Origin: Candidatus Sericytochromatia bacterium
GTDB lineage: Bacteria; Cyanobacteriota; Sericytochromatia; S15B-MN24; UBA4093
NCBI GenBank assembly: GCA_036676985.1
Contig: JAKFBU010000041.1
Location: forward strand, 32,001 to 96,000
Direction of reading: 5' to 3'
Length of the DNA: 64,000 bases
Of the stretch, positions 8,424-17,855 are shown one piece after another. Position 1 is the first letter of the stretch. Each line of letters starts with the position of its first letter. Made by a program: the position numbers and the translations under genes. The notes below the pieces were generated by a model. It had not been told where the DNA came from and searched no databases. It saw only the letters and a program-made list of their open reading frames with translations.

Positions 8424-9836
8424 GTGACGACACTCCACGACTTCGACCTCCTCGTCGTCGGCACCGAAACCGAGGCCTGCCTGTCGGCCGTCGCCGCCCA
8501 GCGCGCCGGCGCCCGCACCGCCCTGGTGGTGCCGGCGGACGAGCTACTGGGCGGGCTCTTGACCGAGGACGGGCTCGCCTTCGTCGACCGCGACTCGCGC
8601 CACCTGCTGCCGCCCGAGACCTCCCCGCACGACGGGATCTTCGGGCAGTTCCTCGCGCGGGCCCACGTGCCGCTCGTCGCCCTCGATCCCCTGGTGGGCG
8701 ATCGCACCCTGCGCGCCATGCTGGCCGAGGCCGGCGTGACGGTGCTCCCGCTGGAGTGGCGGAGCCTGGTCGTCGAGGGGGATCGGGCCGTGGCGCTCGT
8801 CGGAGCGGACGGCACGACGCTCCGGGCGCGGCACTTCCTGGACGGCACGCCGGACGGCGACCTCGCCGAGGCGGCCGGCATGACCTTTGCGAGCGGCTTT
8901 GCCGAGTACGGCCTCTCCCGCTTCCTGGGCGTGAGCCCCCTGCCGCGCGTGCACGGCGTGAGCCCCGAGCGGATCATGGAGACCTGCCGGGCGCTGGCGG
9001 CCGATCCCGAGCTCGAGGCCCTGCGGACACAGGTCTTCGGCGATCGCCGCTTCCTCGACCTCGAGCACGGCGTCGACTACGTGCTGGTGGGTCCTCCGCA
9101 CCTGGGCCTCGCCTTCCAGCGCTGGCGCGAGGCCGAGGGCCTCGTGAGCCCCTATCCCTTCGAGGCGGACGGCTTCAACGTCGCGGTGCTCGGCCCCGAG
9201 ACCACCTCCTGGAACGGCCTCATCTACTTCAGCACGGACCTCGCGACCCTCCTCAGGCTCTCGCGCGAGGGGGCGGACGACTTCTTCCAGCAGGAGGCCC
9301 GGCACTTCGAGCGCTTCCTGCAACAGGGCCTCGGCTGGACCGAGGCGCGCGTGGAGCTGCCCGCGGGCCTCTACGTGCGCCAGACGCGCCATGCCCTCGG
9401 CACCCGGCACCGCCTGACGCTGGACGAGATCGGCGCGAGCTACTCCGCCAGCAGCGTCGGGACCTTCTGCTACTACCCGGACTTCCGGGGGTTCCGGGCG
9501 GTCTCGGTGCCCAACCCCCTCACGGCGCACGTGATCCTGGAGGCGGGCCTCTATTCGGGGGTGCGCAACCTGGGCATCGCGAGCCGGGCGGGCGGTTACA
9601 CGCCCTTCGCCCACTCCCTCTGCCGCCTGGTGCAGTACAACGTCACCCTCGGCACCGCGCTCGGCGTCTCCGCCGCCATGGCGGGCTCCGACCTCGGGGC
9701 CGTCTCGGTGGCCGAGGTGCGCGCCGAGCTGTCGCGCCAGGGCATCCTCGCAGACGACCCCTTGGGCTTCGAGCGCAACCAGAACGCGCGCACGGCCCTC
9801 AAGACCGATCCCATCCTGACATTGGAGACCGTATGA
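8424..9836 (+). CDS. FAD-dependent oxidoreductase (FAD_oxidored-like)
   Basis: GTG start; FDLLVVG..EAC.SAVAA, LLGGLLT, FLDGTPDGDLAEAAG, LYVRQTRH; stop overlaps the prmC start (ATGA). Confidence 0.75.
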   Translation: MTTLHDFDLLVVGTETEACLSAVAAQRAGARTALVVPADELLGGLLTEDGLAFVDRDSRHLLPPETSPHDGIFGQFLARAHVPLVALDPLVGDRTLRAMLAEAGVTVLPLEWRSLVVEGDRAVALVGADGTTLRARHFLDGTPDGDLAEAAGMTFASGFAEYGLSRFLGVSPLPRVHGVSPERIMETCRALAADPELEALRTQVFGDRRFLDLEHGVDYVLVGPPHLGLAFQRWREAEGLVSPYPFEADGFNVAVLGPETTSWNGLIYFSTDLATLLRLSREGADDFFQQEARHFERFLQQGLGWTEARVELPAGLYVRQTRHALGTRHRLTLDEIGASYSASSVGTFCYYPDFRGFRAVSVPNPLTAHVILEAGLYSGVRNLGIASRAGGYTPFAHSLCRLVQYNVTLGTALGVSAAMAGSDLGAVSVAEVRAELSRQGILADDPLGFERNQNARTALKTDPILTLETV

Positions 9837-10726
9837 CCCCATTCCTTCTCGCCCAGACCACGACCATCGGCGACGCCCTGCAGCGCGGCAGCGCCCACCT
9901 CCGCGAGGTGGGCATCGGCTCGGGCAACATCGAGGCCGCCATGCTCCTCAGCATGGTGACGGGGCTCGACCGGCTCGGGCTCATCAACTACATGACCCGC
10001 GAGCTCTCGACCCAGGAGCACGACTCGTTCGTGGCGCTCATCAACCGCCGCGGCTCCCGCGAGCCCCTGCAGCACATCACGGGCAACGTCGAGTTCATGG
10101 GCCTCGAGTTCGAGGTCTCGCCCGCCGTCCTCATCCCGCGCCCGGACACGGAGATCCTGGTCGAGGCCATCCTCGACGTCGAGGAGGTCGTGGGCCAGCG
10201 CGACGGCGTCCTCATCGCGGACGTGGGCGCGGGCTCGGGGGCGATCGCCGTCTCCCTGGCGAGCTACCTCCGCTACGCCCGCGTCATCGCCGTGGAGCTC
10301 TCGCCCGAGGCCGCCCGGGTGGCGCGCGCGAACATCGCCAAGCACGAGCTGGGCGATCGCGTGGAGCTCGTGGAGGGCGACGGCCTGGCGCCGCTCGCCC
10401 CTTACAAGGGCCAGCTCGCGATGCTCGTCTCCAACCCGCCCTACATCGCCGCTCCCGACGTGGAGGAGCTCGAGCCCGAGGTGCGGGACTTCGAGCCGCG
10501 CATGGCCCTCACGCCCGGCGAGGATCCCTACGTCTGGTACCGCCGCTTCGCCCAGGAGGGCCCGGATCTCCTGCAGCCGGGCGGCCTCTTGGCCGTCGAG
10601 GTCGGCATCCACCAGTCGACCGAGGTCGTGCGGTTGCTAGAGGAGTCGGGCCGCTGGACGGACATCAGCGTCCACAAGGACCTGGGCGGCATCGAGCGCG
10701 CCATCCTCGCCCGCACCATCGCCTAG
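9833..10726 (+). CDS. prmC: Release factor glutamine methyltransferase (HemK)
   Basis: REPLQHITG, VLIPRPDTE, DVGAGSGAIA, SNPPYI, FEPRMAL. Confidence 0.95.
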   Translation: MTPFLLAQTTTIGDALQRGSAHLREVGIGSGNIEAAMLLSMVTGLDRLGLINYMTRELSTQEHDSFVALINRRGSREPLQHITGNVEFMGLEFEVSPAVLIPRPDTEILVEAILDVEEVVGQRDGVLIADVGAGSGAIAVSLASYLRYARVIAVELSPEAARVARANIAKHELGDRVELVEGDGLAPLAPYKGQLAMLVSNPPYIAAPDVEELEPEVRDFEPRMALTPGEDPYVWYRRFAQEGPDLLQPGGLLAVEVGIHQSTEVVRLLEESGRWTDISVHKDLGGIERAILARTIA

Positions 10727-10745
10727 CCCACCCCGCAGGCCCGGA

Positions 10746-11315
10746 TCAATCGCGATCCGGGCCTGTGATCTCCTTGATCACCTTGCCTGGGACGCCCGCC
10801 ACCAGGGCGTTCGGCGGCACGTCCTTGGTCACGACGCTGCCCGCGGCGATCACGCTGTTCGCCCCGATGGTGACGCCCGGGCTCAGGATGGCGCGGCCGC
10901 CCACCCAGACGTTGTCGCCGATGGTGATGGGCCGCGTGAACTCGACGCCCTGCGCGCGCTCCGTGGGGTCCAGCGGGTGGTTGACGGTGTAGACGTGCAC
11001 CCCGGGCCCGAAGAGCACCTTGTGCCCGATGATCACCGGGCCGCAATCCAGGAACACGCAGTCGAAGTTGGCGAAGAAGTCGTCGCCGATCGAGATGTTG
11101 TAACCGTAGTCGACGCGCAGCGTCGGCTCGATGGTGGGGTTGCGCCCGCAGGCCCCGAAGAGCTCCCGCAAGAGGTCCTGGCGCCGCCCGCCTTCGATCT
11201 CGGTAGTGGCGTTGAAGGCCCGGGTCAGCCGCCGGGCCCGCTCCCGGTCGGCGATCAGCTCCGGCACGTAGGGATCGTAGGGGAGGCCCGCCACCATCTT
11301 CTCGCGTTCGTTCAT
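10746..11315 (-). CDS. maa: Maltose/galactoside O-acetyltransferase
   Basis: EREKMVAG, DYGYNI, hexapeptide repeats, IGDNVWVGG, GSVVTKDVP; alternative start at 11345. Confidence 0.88.
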   Translation of the reverse strand: MNEREKMVAGLPYDPYVPELIADRERARRLTRAFNATTEIEGGRRQDLLRELFGACGRNPTIEPTLRVDYGYNISIGDDFFANFDCVFLDCGPVIIGHKVLFGPGVHVYTVNHPLDPTERAQGVEFTRPITIGDNVWVGGRAILSPGVTIGANSVIAAGSVVTKDVPPNALVAGVPGKVIKEITGPDRD

Positions 11316-11462
11316 GGGATCCGCCTTCCTGTCCTCGCCCCCCATGATAGATCACGCCCCCACCCGGCTCCGCAGCCAGCCAAAAGTTCCGGTTGATTCG
11401 GCGACGCCCGTTTGCTATAGTACGTTAAGTTTTCCTTATGGCGAATTTAAGGAGGCGTTTAC

Positions 11463-12578
11463 GTGCAGCGAGCGTTACGGTTCTGGACGGCCTTGGGGAC
11501 GGGACTCAGCCTGGTGGCGTTGGTCGGCTGCGGCGTGCCGACCACCGGCCTCCGCGCGGGGGGTGAGCTGACGGCCGAGTCGGCGGCGACCCTCAACCCG
11601 GTCAAGATGCTCGTGTTACGTGACGCCAAGGCGTCGTTCAAGGCCTACGACGCCAACCGCAACGGCGTCCTCAGCCGCGCCGAGGTGCCCTTCCTGCGGG
11701 TAGAGAGCTTCGAGGCCCTCGACCTGAACCGTGACGGCAAGATCTCCTGGCCGGAGTCCGAGCCCAAGGGCTCGCAGCTCAAGATGCTGCTCGAAATGTC
11801 GTCCAAGGCCATCCTTCAGCTCTTCAAGAAGCTGGACAAGAACGGCAACCAGAAGCTCGAGGTCGCCGAGCGCGCCCAGGCCGACTACCTGCCGACGAGC
11901 GTGACCGAGGCCGAGCTGGACTTCGCGGGCTTCGTCACGGCCCTCGACCGGGGCTCCGAGGCGAGCTTCGAGGCCGAGCAGAGCGTGGTCAAGAGCGATC
12001 GCCCGCCCGTCGTGCTCGTGCCGGGCTTTTTCCTGCCGACGGCCATCTGGTTGCCCCTGGGCAAGATGCTCAAGAACCGCGGCTACGTGAACCAGGTGAC
12101 GGTGCCCCATTGGCCGAGCTTCGGCGACATCCGGGACTACGCGGCGGCCGCGGCGTTCCGCGCCCAGCAGCTCCAGGAGAAGACGGGCGCCAAGCAGATC
12201 GAGGTCATCGGCCACAGCATGGGCGGCCTGGTGCTGCGCTACTACATCAAGCGCCTGGGTGGCGACAAGGTTGCCTCGCATTACATCTCGTTCGGCACGC
12301 CGCAGCACGGCACGGTGATCGGCAAGCTCTGGCCCTGCACCTCCACCAACCAGATGCTGCCGGGCAGCGACTTCCTGACGGACCTCAACGCCGGCGACGA
12401 GACGCCGGGGGCGGTGAAGTACACCTCGATCCGCACCAACACCGACGAGATCGTGCTCTCGGAGACCAGCCCGATCCTCGAGGGGGCCTCGAACCACCTG
12501 GTGCCCTACGCGGAGCACCTGGAGCTCGTCTGGGATCCCCGCGCGCAGAAGATCGCCTTCGAAGCGCTCGCGAAGTAG
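11463..12578 (+). CDS. Lipoprotein: EF-hand region fused to a lipase class 2-type alpha/beta hydrolase
   Basis: Lipobox LVGC; DANRNGVLSRAE, DLNRDGKISWPE and DKNGNQKLEVAE loops; GHSMGG, GTPQHG, D and H of the triad; AAGGAGG RBS. Confidence 0.85.
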   Translation: MQRALRFWTALGTGLSLVALVGCGVPTTGLRAGGELTAESAATLNPVKMLVLRDAKASFKAYDANRNGVLSRAEVPFLRVESFEALDLNRDGKISWPESEPKGSQLKMLLEMSSKAILQLFKKLDKNGNQKLEVAERAQADYLPTSVTEAELDFAGFVTALDRGSEASFEAEQSVVKSDRPPVVLVPGFFLPTAIWLPLGKMLKNRGYVNQVTVPHWPSFGDIRDYAAAAAFRAQQLQEKTGAKQIEVIGHSMGGLVLRYYIKRLGGDKVASHYISFGTPQHGTVIGKLWPCTSTNQMLPGSDFLTDLNAGDETPGAVKYTSIRTNTDEIVLSETSPILEGASNHLVPYAEHLELVWDPRAQKIAFEALAK

Positions 12579-12692
12579 GACAGGCCTCCGCGCCTGTCTC
12601 CGCTAAATCGCCTCGCGCCCGTCATGTCTGACGGGCGCGAGGCCCTTTTTGGGATCGGGTTATAGGGTGACAGGCACGGAGGCCTGTCCTAC
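12575..12692. repeat. GTAG-type REP doublet (inverted) enclosing a terminator-like hairpin
   Basis: GTAGGACAGGCCTCCGCGCCTGTC at 12575 and its near-identical inverse ending at 12692. Confidence 0.75.
12610..12650 (+). terminator. Rho-independent terminator
   Basis: 15-bp stem GCCTCGCGCCCGTCA/TGACGGGCGCGAGGC followed by CCTTTTT. Confidence 0.8.
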
Positions 12693-14491
12693 TAGAACCG
12701 CTGCCCGATGCCGATCGAGAACTGGCCCGGATCGCCCCAGCGGTGCAGGCCGTAGTCCGCGCGGATGATGCCCATGGGCGTGTCCACCCGCAGGCCCACG
12801 CCGTAGCCCGAGCGCAGGCTCGAGAGGCCGAGGGGATCGGCGCCCGTGCCCCAGAAGGCCCCCGTGTCCCCGAAGACCACGCCGTTGATGAGCTTGTAGA
12901 TCGGGAAGCGGCCTTCGAGGGTCGCCAGCGCGAACGAGTTGCCCCCGAACTCCGCATCGCGCCAGCCGCGGATCAGGTAGTCCCCGTACGAGTAGAAGCG
13001 CTGGTACGCCGGGATCCCGGCCCCGAAGAAGTCCACCATGCCGCCGAAGCGCGTCCCCATGGCGATCGTCAAAAAGGGTGCCGCGGGGATGTAGTGGTTG
13101 GCCTCGAGGGAGAGCTTGGAGAACTTGAGGTCCGCCAGGGGCACGTACTGCTCGCCGCTGGCCTTCAGGAGCCAGCCCGTCGACGGGTTGATGGCATGGT
13201 TGCGCGTGTCGTACTGCAGGGCTACCGCCCCCGAAAAGCCGAGATCCCGGCCGCTACCCGTCACCGAGGCAAAGGGCAGGTCCGTGCGGTTGCCGGCCTG
13301 GTCGGCGCGGGCGATGGAGGCCTGTTCTCCCTTGAGCGTGACGTAGGCGCGCCATGGGGTCGCGATCGGGTCGCCGAACAGCGGCCGCCCCATGGTCACC
13401 GACGCGCCGCCGCGCTGGTCCTGGAAGCCGATGGAGCCGTCATCCAGGCGCGCGAAGGGGTTGTAGTAGCGACGGATGTAGACCGAGGCCCCGAGGCTCG
13501 TGCGCTGGCCGTCGAGCCACGGCTCGACGAAGCTCAGCTCGGTGGTGACGTTGCGGTTGGCCGGGTCGAAGATGCGCGAGACCCACAGTGAGGCCCCCAC
13601 CGACTGCCCGCGGCCCATGAAGTTGTCGTTGGCCAAGGAGAGCTGGGCGAGCGGTCCCTCGGTGGCGCTCCAGCCCGCCGACGTGCTCAGGCGGCCCGTG
13701 TTGCGCTCCTTGACCTTGAGCGTGATGTCGTAGCCCAGGGATCCCGAGGCCGGGTCCAGCTGGGGGCTCACGTCGTCGAAGTAGCCCAGGCGTCCCAGGC
13801 GGTTGAGGTTCTCCTGGAGCTCGTCGCGGGTGACGAGGTCGCCCGGCTTGAGCGTGAGCTCCCGACGGATGACGTTCTCCTGGGTGCGGTTGTTGCCCTC
13901 GATCTTGAGGGAGCTGACGACGCCCTCGCGCACCTGCAGGACGAGCACCCCGTCGGGCGTGAGGTTCATCGGATACATGCGCGCGAGCACCAGGCCGTCC
14001 TTGGCGTAGCGCTCCTCGACCTCGGCGATCGCCTTCTTGACGTTCGGCACCGAGAGGATCTTGCCGCGCAGGGGCTCGAAGGGCTTGGCGACCTGATCGG
14101 GCTTGAAGTGCTGGACGCCTTCGATGCGCACGGAGCGCAGGACGGGATTCTCCTTGACCTGCAGCGTCAAGAGGATGCCTCCCAGCTCGCCCGGCGTCAG
14201 GGTCGGCACCACCGCCGAGAAGGTCCCGAGGCCTGCCACGCGCTGGAGACCCGCCTGGATATCCGCAATCTTGACCTCTTGGCCCTCGTGGAAGCCCAGG
14301 GCGTTCACGATGTCGGCCTTGGGGACCTCCTTGTTGCCCTGGATCTCGATCGAGACGATGCGCACCTTCTGTTGATCGTCCACCTGGGGGGCCTCGGCGG
14401 GCTTTTGCTCGGCTGCTGCCCCGGCAGGGAGGCCCTGTCCCCCGATCAACCCCATCGCAAGCATCCCGGTGAAGAGGATCCGGTGGCTCAT
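12692..14491 (-). CDS. Omp85/BamA-family outer membrane protein (3 POTRA domains plus barrel)
   Basis: Signal peptide; three POTRA motifs (IEIQGN, VRIEGV, KIEGNNRT..VIRRE); IRGW loop-6 motif; GYGVGLR..TPMG..RADYG; C-terminal GQRF. Confidence 0.92.
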   Translation of the reverse strand: MSHRILFTGMLAMGLIGGQGLPAGAAAEQKPAEAPQVDDQQKVRIVSIEIQGNKEVPKADIVNALGFHEGQEVKIADIQAGLQRVAGLGTFSAVVPTLTPGELGGILLTLQVKENPVLRSVRIEGVQHFKPDQVAKPFEPLRGKILSVPNVKKAIAEVEERYAKDGLVLARMYPMNLTPDGVLVLQVREGVVSSLKIEGNNRTQENVIRRELTLKPGDLVTRDELQENLNRLGRLGYFDDVSPQLDPASGSLGYDITLKVKERNTGRLSTSAGWSATEGPLAQLSLANDNFMGRGQSVGASLWVSRIFDPANRNVTTELSFVEPWLDGQRTSLGASVYIRRYYNPFARLDDGSIGFQDQRGGASVTMGRPLFGDPIATPWRAYVTLKGEQASIARADQAGNRTDLPFASVTGSGRDLGFSGAVALQYDTRNHAINPSTGWLLKASGEQYVPLADLKFSKLSLEANHYIPAAPFLTIAMGTRFGGMVDFFGAGIPAYQRFYSYGDYLIRGWRDAEFGGNSFALATLEGRFPIYKLINGVVFGDTGAFWGTGADPLGLSSLRSGYGVGLRVDTPMGIIRADYGLHRWGDPGQFSIGIGQRF

Positions 14492-14628
14492 GAACGGCCC
14501 TTTCTTGGAACCCGATCGTCCGAACGGGTGAGAGGTCGCCTCCCAGCGAGGGTACAACGGAGGCTAGGCGAAGGGTTCGGCTACCGTGGACAAGGTTCTG
14601 GAGCCCTGATGCTCGACTGGAGGGCTTC

Positions 14629-15696
14629 ATGCGGCACGGCGCAGGCATCGGATGGACGCTCCTCGTGGCGACGGCCCTGGCGCTTGCAGGCTGCCAGGCG
14701 GCCGAAGATCGCGCGCCCGAACCCATGTCGGTCGAGCAGTCCGCGCCGTCGGGCGGGATCGGAGAGATGCCCGGCGCTGCTCAGCGCAAGATGGCAGCCG
14801 AGTCGGCCCCAAAGCCGGCCACGCAAGCGCCTGCGACCGCAGAACGCCACATCATCCGGCGTGCGGAGGTCTCCCTGCTCGTGACCTCGGTGCCCAAGGC
14901 CGTCGAGGAGGTGCGATCGCTCGCCAAGACCCAGGGCGGCTACGTCTCCGACGAGTCGCTCGACACCTCATCCGGTCAGGTGCCGAACGGCTCCTTGACC
15001 CTGCGGGTGCCCGTCGCGCGCTTCGACGCGACGCTCCAGGCCTTCGGGACCATCGGGGAGATCCAATCCCGCCGCCTCTCGGCCGAGGACGTGACGCTCG
15101 AGTACGTGGACACCGAGAGCCGATTGCGCAACTTGCAGCGGGAGGAGGCGCAGTTCCTCAAGATCCTCGAGCGGGCGGGCTCCATCCGGGACGTGCTCGC
15201 GGTCGAAAAGGAGCTGACGCGCGTCCGGGGCGAGATCGAGCAGACCACGGGCCGTCTGCGTCAGCTCAGCAACCTGGTGGATCTGGCGACCATCACCGTC
15301 AACCTGTCGGCGCGCGCCGAGGAGGCCGTCACCTCGCCCTGGGACCTGGCGCCGATCGTGCGCAACGCGTGGCAGGACGCGCAGGCCGAGCTCGCGGCCG
15401 CCCGGGTGGTCTCGGGCCTGATCTGGGTCGGAGCCTACCTCGTCCCGCTCGCAGTGCCGAGCGTGCTCCTCTACCTGTTGCTGGGATGGATCCTGGGGCG
15501 GCTCCTGGTGGGCCGCGCGCCGTGGCTGACGCTGACGCGCTTCCGCCTGGTGTGGCTCGTGGTGGGCGCGGCGGTGCTCGTCATCGCCTTCCCGCCCCTG
15601 CTACTCTTCCTGCTGGCCTTCGCGGCCCTGGCCTTCGGGGCAAGCAAGATCCCGGCTGTGAAGAACCGGTGGGGCAAGCCGCCCGAACAGCCCTAG
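14629..15696 (+). CDS. DUF4349-type lipoprotein with C-terminal transmembrane helices
   Basis: Lipobox LAGC; LTLRVP, AEDVTLEYVD..RL, VE.EL..VRGEIE motifs. Confidence 0.8.
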   Translation: MRHGAGIGWTLLVATALALAGCQAAEDRAPEPMSVEQSAPSGGIGEMPGAAQRKMAAESAPKPATQAPATAERHIIRRAEVSLLVTSVPKAVEEVRSLAKTQGGYVSDESLDTSSGQVPNGSLTLRVPVARFDATLQAFGTIGEIQSRRLSAEDVTLEYVDTESRLRNLQREEAQFLKILERAGSIRDVLAVEKELTRVRGEIEQTTGRLRQLSNLVDLATITVNLSARAEEAVTSPWDLAPIVRNAWQDAQAELAAARVVSGLIWVGAYLVPLAVPSVLLYLLLGWILGRLLVGRAPWLTLTRFRLVWLVVGAAVLVIAFPPLLLFLLAFAALAFGASKIPAVKNRWGKPPEQP

Positions 15697-15733
15697 CCAG
15701 GGTTCGAAGGCGACTCGACGTCACCAACAACAA

Positions 15734-15794
15734 AACCGTTCGTCTTGAGCCAGGTCGAAAGCCTGTCCTGAGGCTGTCGAAGGGGCGAACGGTT
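15734..15794. repeat. REP-like palindromic element (CCGTTCG.CCTGAG...TCGAAGG family)
   Basis: AACCGTTCG...CGAACGGTT termini; same family as 49496-49635; lies between convergent genes. Confidence 0.65.
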
Positions 15795-15800
15795 CCTTAT

Positions 15801-16208
15801 CTAGGCCTTGTCCGGAATCCGCACCACGAAGTACCCCTGCTTCCACCGCCGGCGGTACTCGTCGAGCCACTGGGCCACGGCCTTGCCCTCGACGTCCTTC
15901 TTGAGGTTGAAGATGTCCTTGATGGTGTAGCTCGGCTCCCCCTGGAGCTCCGCGACCATGGCATCCGAGAACACCTCGAGGCAGCGTTCGGGCGGGGGCA
16001 GTTGCGCCGGCTGCACGTCGCCCATGTCCTCGAGAATCGGGACGAAGGCCGGCAGGTTGATCCCGAAGTGGTTGCGGATCACCTCCGACATCTCCCAGGC
16101 GAGCTGGTCGGGCTCGTGCTGACAGCCGCCGTCGGTGGGCACGAAGCCCGCTCCGCCGTCGCTGCCCTGGGAGAACCAGCAGATGTAGTGCATCAAAGGG
16201 GTCGCCAT
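15801..16208 (-). CDS. Hypothetical protein
   Basis: 135 aa, host-like codon usage, no recognised motif. Confidence 0.7.
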   Translation of the reverse strand: MATPLMHYICWFSQGSDGGAGFVPTDGGCQHEPDQLAWEMSEVIRNHFGINLPAFVPILEDMGDVQPAQLPPPERCLEVFSDAMVAELQGEPSYTIKDIFNLKKDVEGKAVAQWLDEYRRRWKQGYFVVRIPDKA

Positions 16209-16292
16209 CGAGAGCCTCGCTTCCGGGTGGGATCGAACGCCCCGATTATCGCGCCCCTCGGGTCGAAGCGTCCAGCGCCGCCCGGCGGCTGG

Positions 16293-17594
16293 CTAGAATT
16301 TCCGCTGGCTCGAGATGGCGTAGTAGAAGCCCTTGGAAGAGGCGAACAGGCCGTTGTAGGCCCCCATGGCCAGATCGATCCGCGACTCCGCCCCGTCGAA
16401 GCCGAGTCCCAGGCTGTACAGGGTGGCGCTCTCGCCGCCGACGCTCAATCCGGCCCGCAAGGGCAGCCAATCCAGTACTCGGTACTCTCCGCCCAGATGG
16501 ATCTCCGGGATGTTCGAGACGCCGTAGCCCTTGCCCATGCCGACTTCCACGTCGGCCGCGAGCATGAGCGGCACGGCGCCTGCCGGCAGCCACCGGCCTC
16601 CGACGCCGACCTTCAAGGGCAACGGATCCCAGATCCCCTGGCCGTTGTTCGGCCCCACGGACTCCTCGGTCTGGACGTTCGGCGTCGCGTTGAACTGGCC
16701 GTCCGACGACAGCCCCGGCGCGTAGCGATCGAGCTTGTAGGTGTGGCGCTTCTCCGTGACGTTGCCCCAGTAGACGCCGCCGATATTGCCCACGTTCAGA
16801 GCGAGCCTCAGATCGCGCCGCACGTCCACCGCCACCGAGGTGTCGAGCGCCATGCCGCTGCCGAAGGTCCCGTACTGGTAGGTGGCGCTCGCCTCGCCCG
16901 AGAAGGAGCCGTCCGCATTGGTCTGCAGCAGATCCCCCCGAGCCTCGGTGATGCGCCCGAAGGCAAGGCCCTGGACGTAGCGTCCGGTCACACCCACCGC
17001 CACGTTCGGCAGGCGCATGAAGGTGAGAGGGATGCCGACGGAGAGCCCCCCGTCGGCAAAGCTGTCGATGCGCGCACCCTCCAGGCTGTCGATGCGCACG
17101 GCGGTCGCCGCCGCGTTGCCCCTGAGCACCAGTCCCAGCAGGTCGCGAGGCAAGTTCAGGCCCGCCGTGTCGAGCGTGCTCCGGGCGAAGACACCGAGCC
17201 CCGAGGCCGGGATGCTCGCCCCCCAGGAGACGCCCCCGTCGAGCTGGAAGCCCCATCCCGTCGCGGGGATGGCGCCCGCGAGGTTCTCGGCGTCGGCCTC
17301 CGAGAGCTCCTTACCCTGCAAGAGCTCGTCGATGGCCCTAAAGCCCAGCAGGTTGTTGCCGAGCCCGATACTGATGCCTGGCAGCGAGGAGATCACGGCG
17401 GAATGCGTGGAGGGCAGGCCCAACAGGGCCGGGGTGGTCCAGGCGTTGGAAGCGGCTCCCTCGACCGCGAGGCCCGCACGCCCCATTCCGAGCGCACGCG
17501 CATCGTACGGCACGGCCTCCGCCCGGTCAGCAATGGCAAGAGAGGCCCCCAAGAGGAGGGCGATCGCGCTGGCTGTCCGGATCGAGTGGCTCAT
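16293..17594 (-). CDS. Outer-membrane beta-barrel protein (TraF/DUF5723/FadL-like)
   Basis: Signal peptide; ARALGMGRA...TPALL plug motif; amphipathic strands; GGEY..LPLRAG; terminal Phe. Confidence 0.75.
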   Translation of the reverse strand: MSHSIRTASAIALLLGASLAIADRAEAVPYDARALGMGRAGLAVEGAASNAWTTPALLGLPSTHSAVISSLPGISIGLGNNLLGFRAIDELLQGKELSEADAENLAGAIPATGWGFQLDGGVSWGASIPASGLGVFARSTLDTAGLNLPRDLLGLVLRGNAAATAVRIDSLEGARIDSFADGGLSVGIPLTFMRLPNVAVGVTGRYVQGLAFGRITEARGDLLQTNADGSFSGEASATYQYGTFGSGMALDTSVAVDVRRDLRLALNVGNIGGVYWGNVTEKRHTYKLDRYAPGLSSDGQFNATPNVQTEESVGPNNGQGIWDPLPLKVGVGGRWLPAGAVPLMLAADVEVGMGKGYGVSNIPEIHLGGEYRVLDWLPLRAGLSVGGESATLYSLGLGFDGAESRIDLAMGAYNGLFASSKGFYYAISSQRKF

Positions 17595-17855
17595 GAACTC
17601 CCCAACGTGGCGTGAACGAGGGCAAACCCATCATGCAACGGGCGAAGCGCGCGCTTCTGAGACGCCCATCACCGATCGCACCGCACGCCTACCCTATGCT
17701 TCTACCCGGCGACAAAAAATATTGGCAACATTTGGTGATCATATTTCTGAAAAGGGTACACAGGCATAGAGGCAGGGCCCGGCTTTCAGGCCAACCAACC
17801 GCTGAGAGCCGCTTAGCCCCCAGGTTTGCACAGCATGATTTTCACAGGTGACCGC

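Noticed and set aside
6868-9836. Extended ORF-track starts (401 aa at 6868-8073, 815 aa at 7389-9836, 780 aa at 8384-10726)
   Set aside because: The N-terminal extensions overlap real neighbouring genes; starts reassigned to 7278, 8424 and 9833
14652-17615. 987-aa + strand ORF and similar long ORFs (17739-19388, 38186-40984, 38514-41501, 32167-33738)
   Set aside because: Shadow or antisense frames of well-supported genes, typical of high-GC DNA; Arg/Pro/Gly-rich with no motifs
17615-17680. c-di-GMP-I riboswitch suggested by GGCAAAC
   Set aside because: The downstream GNRA and receptor stems and the GACGCAAAG element are not evident
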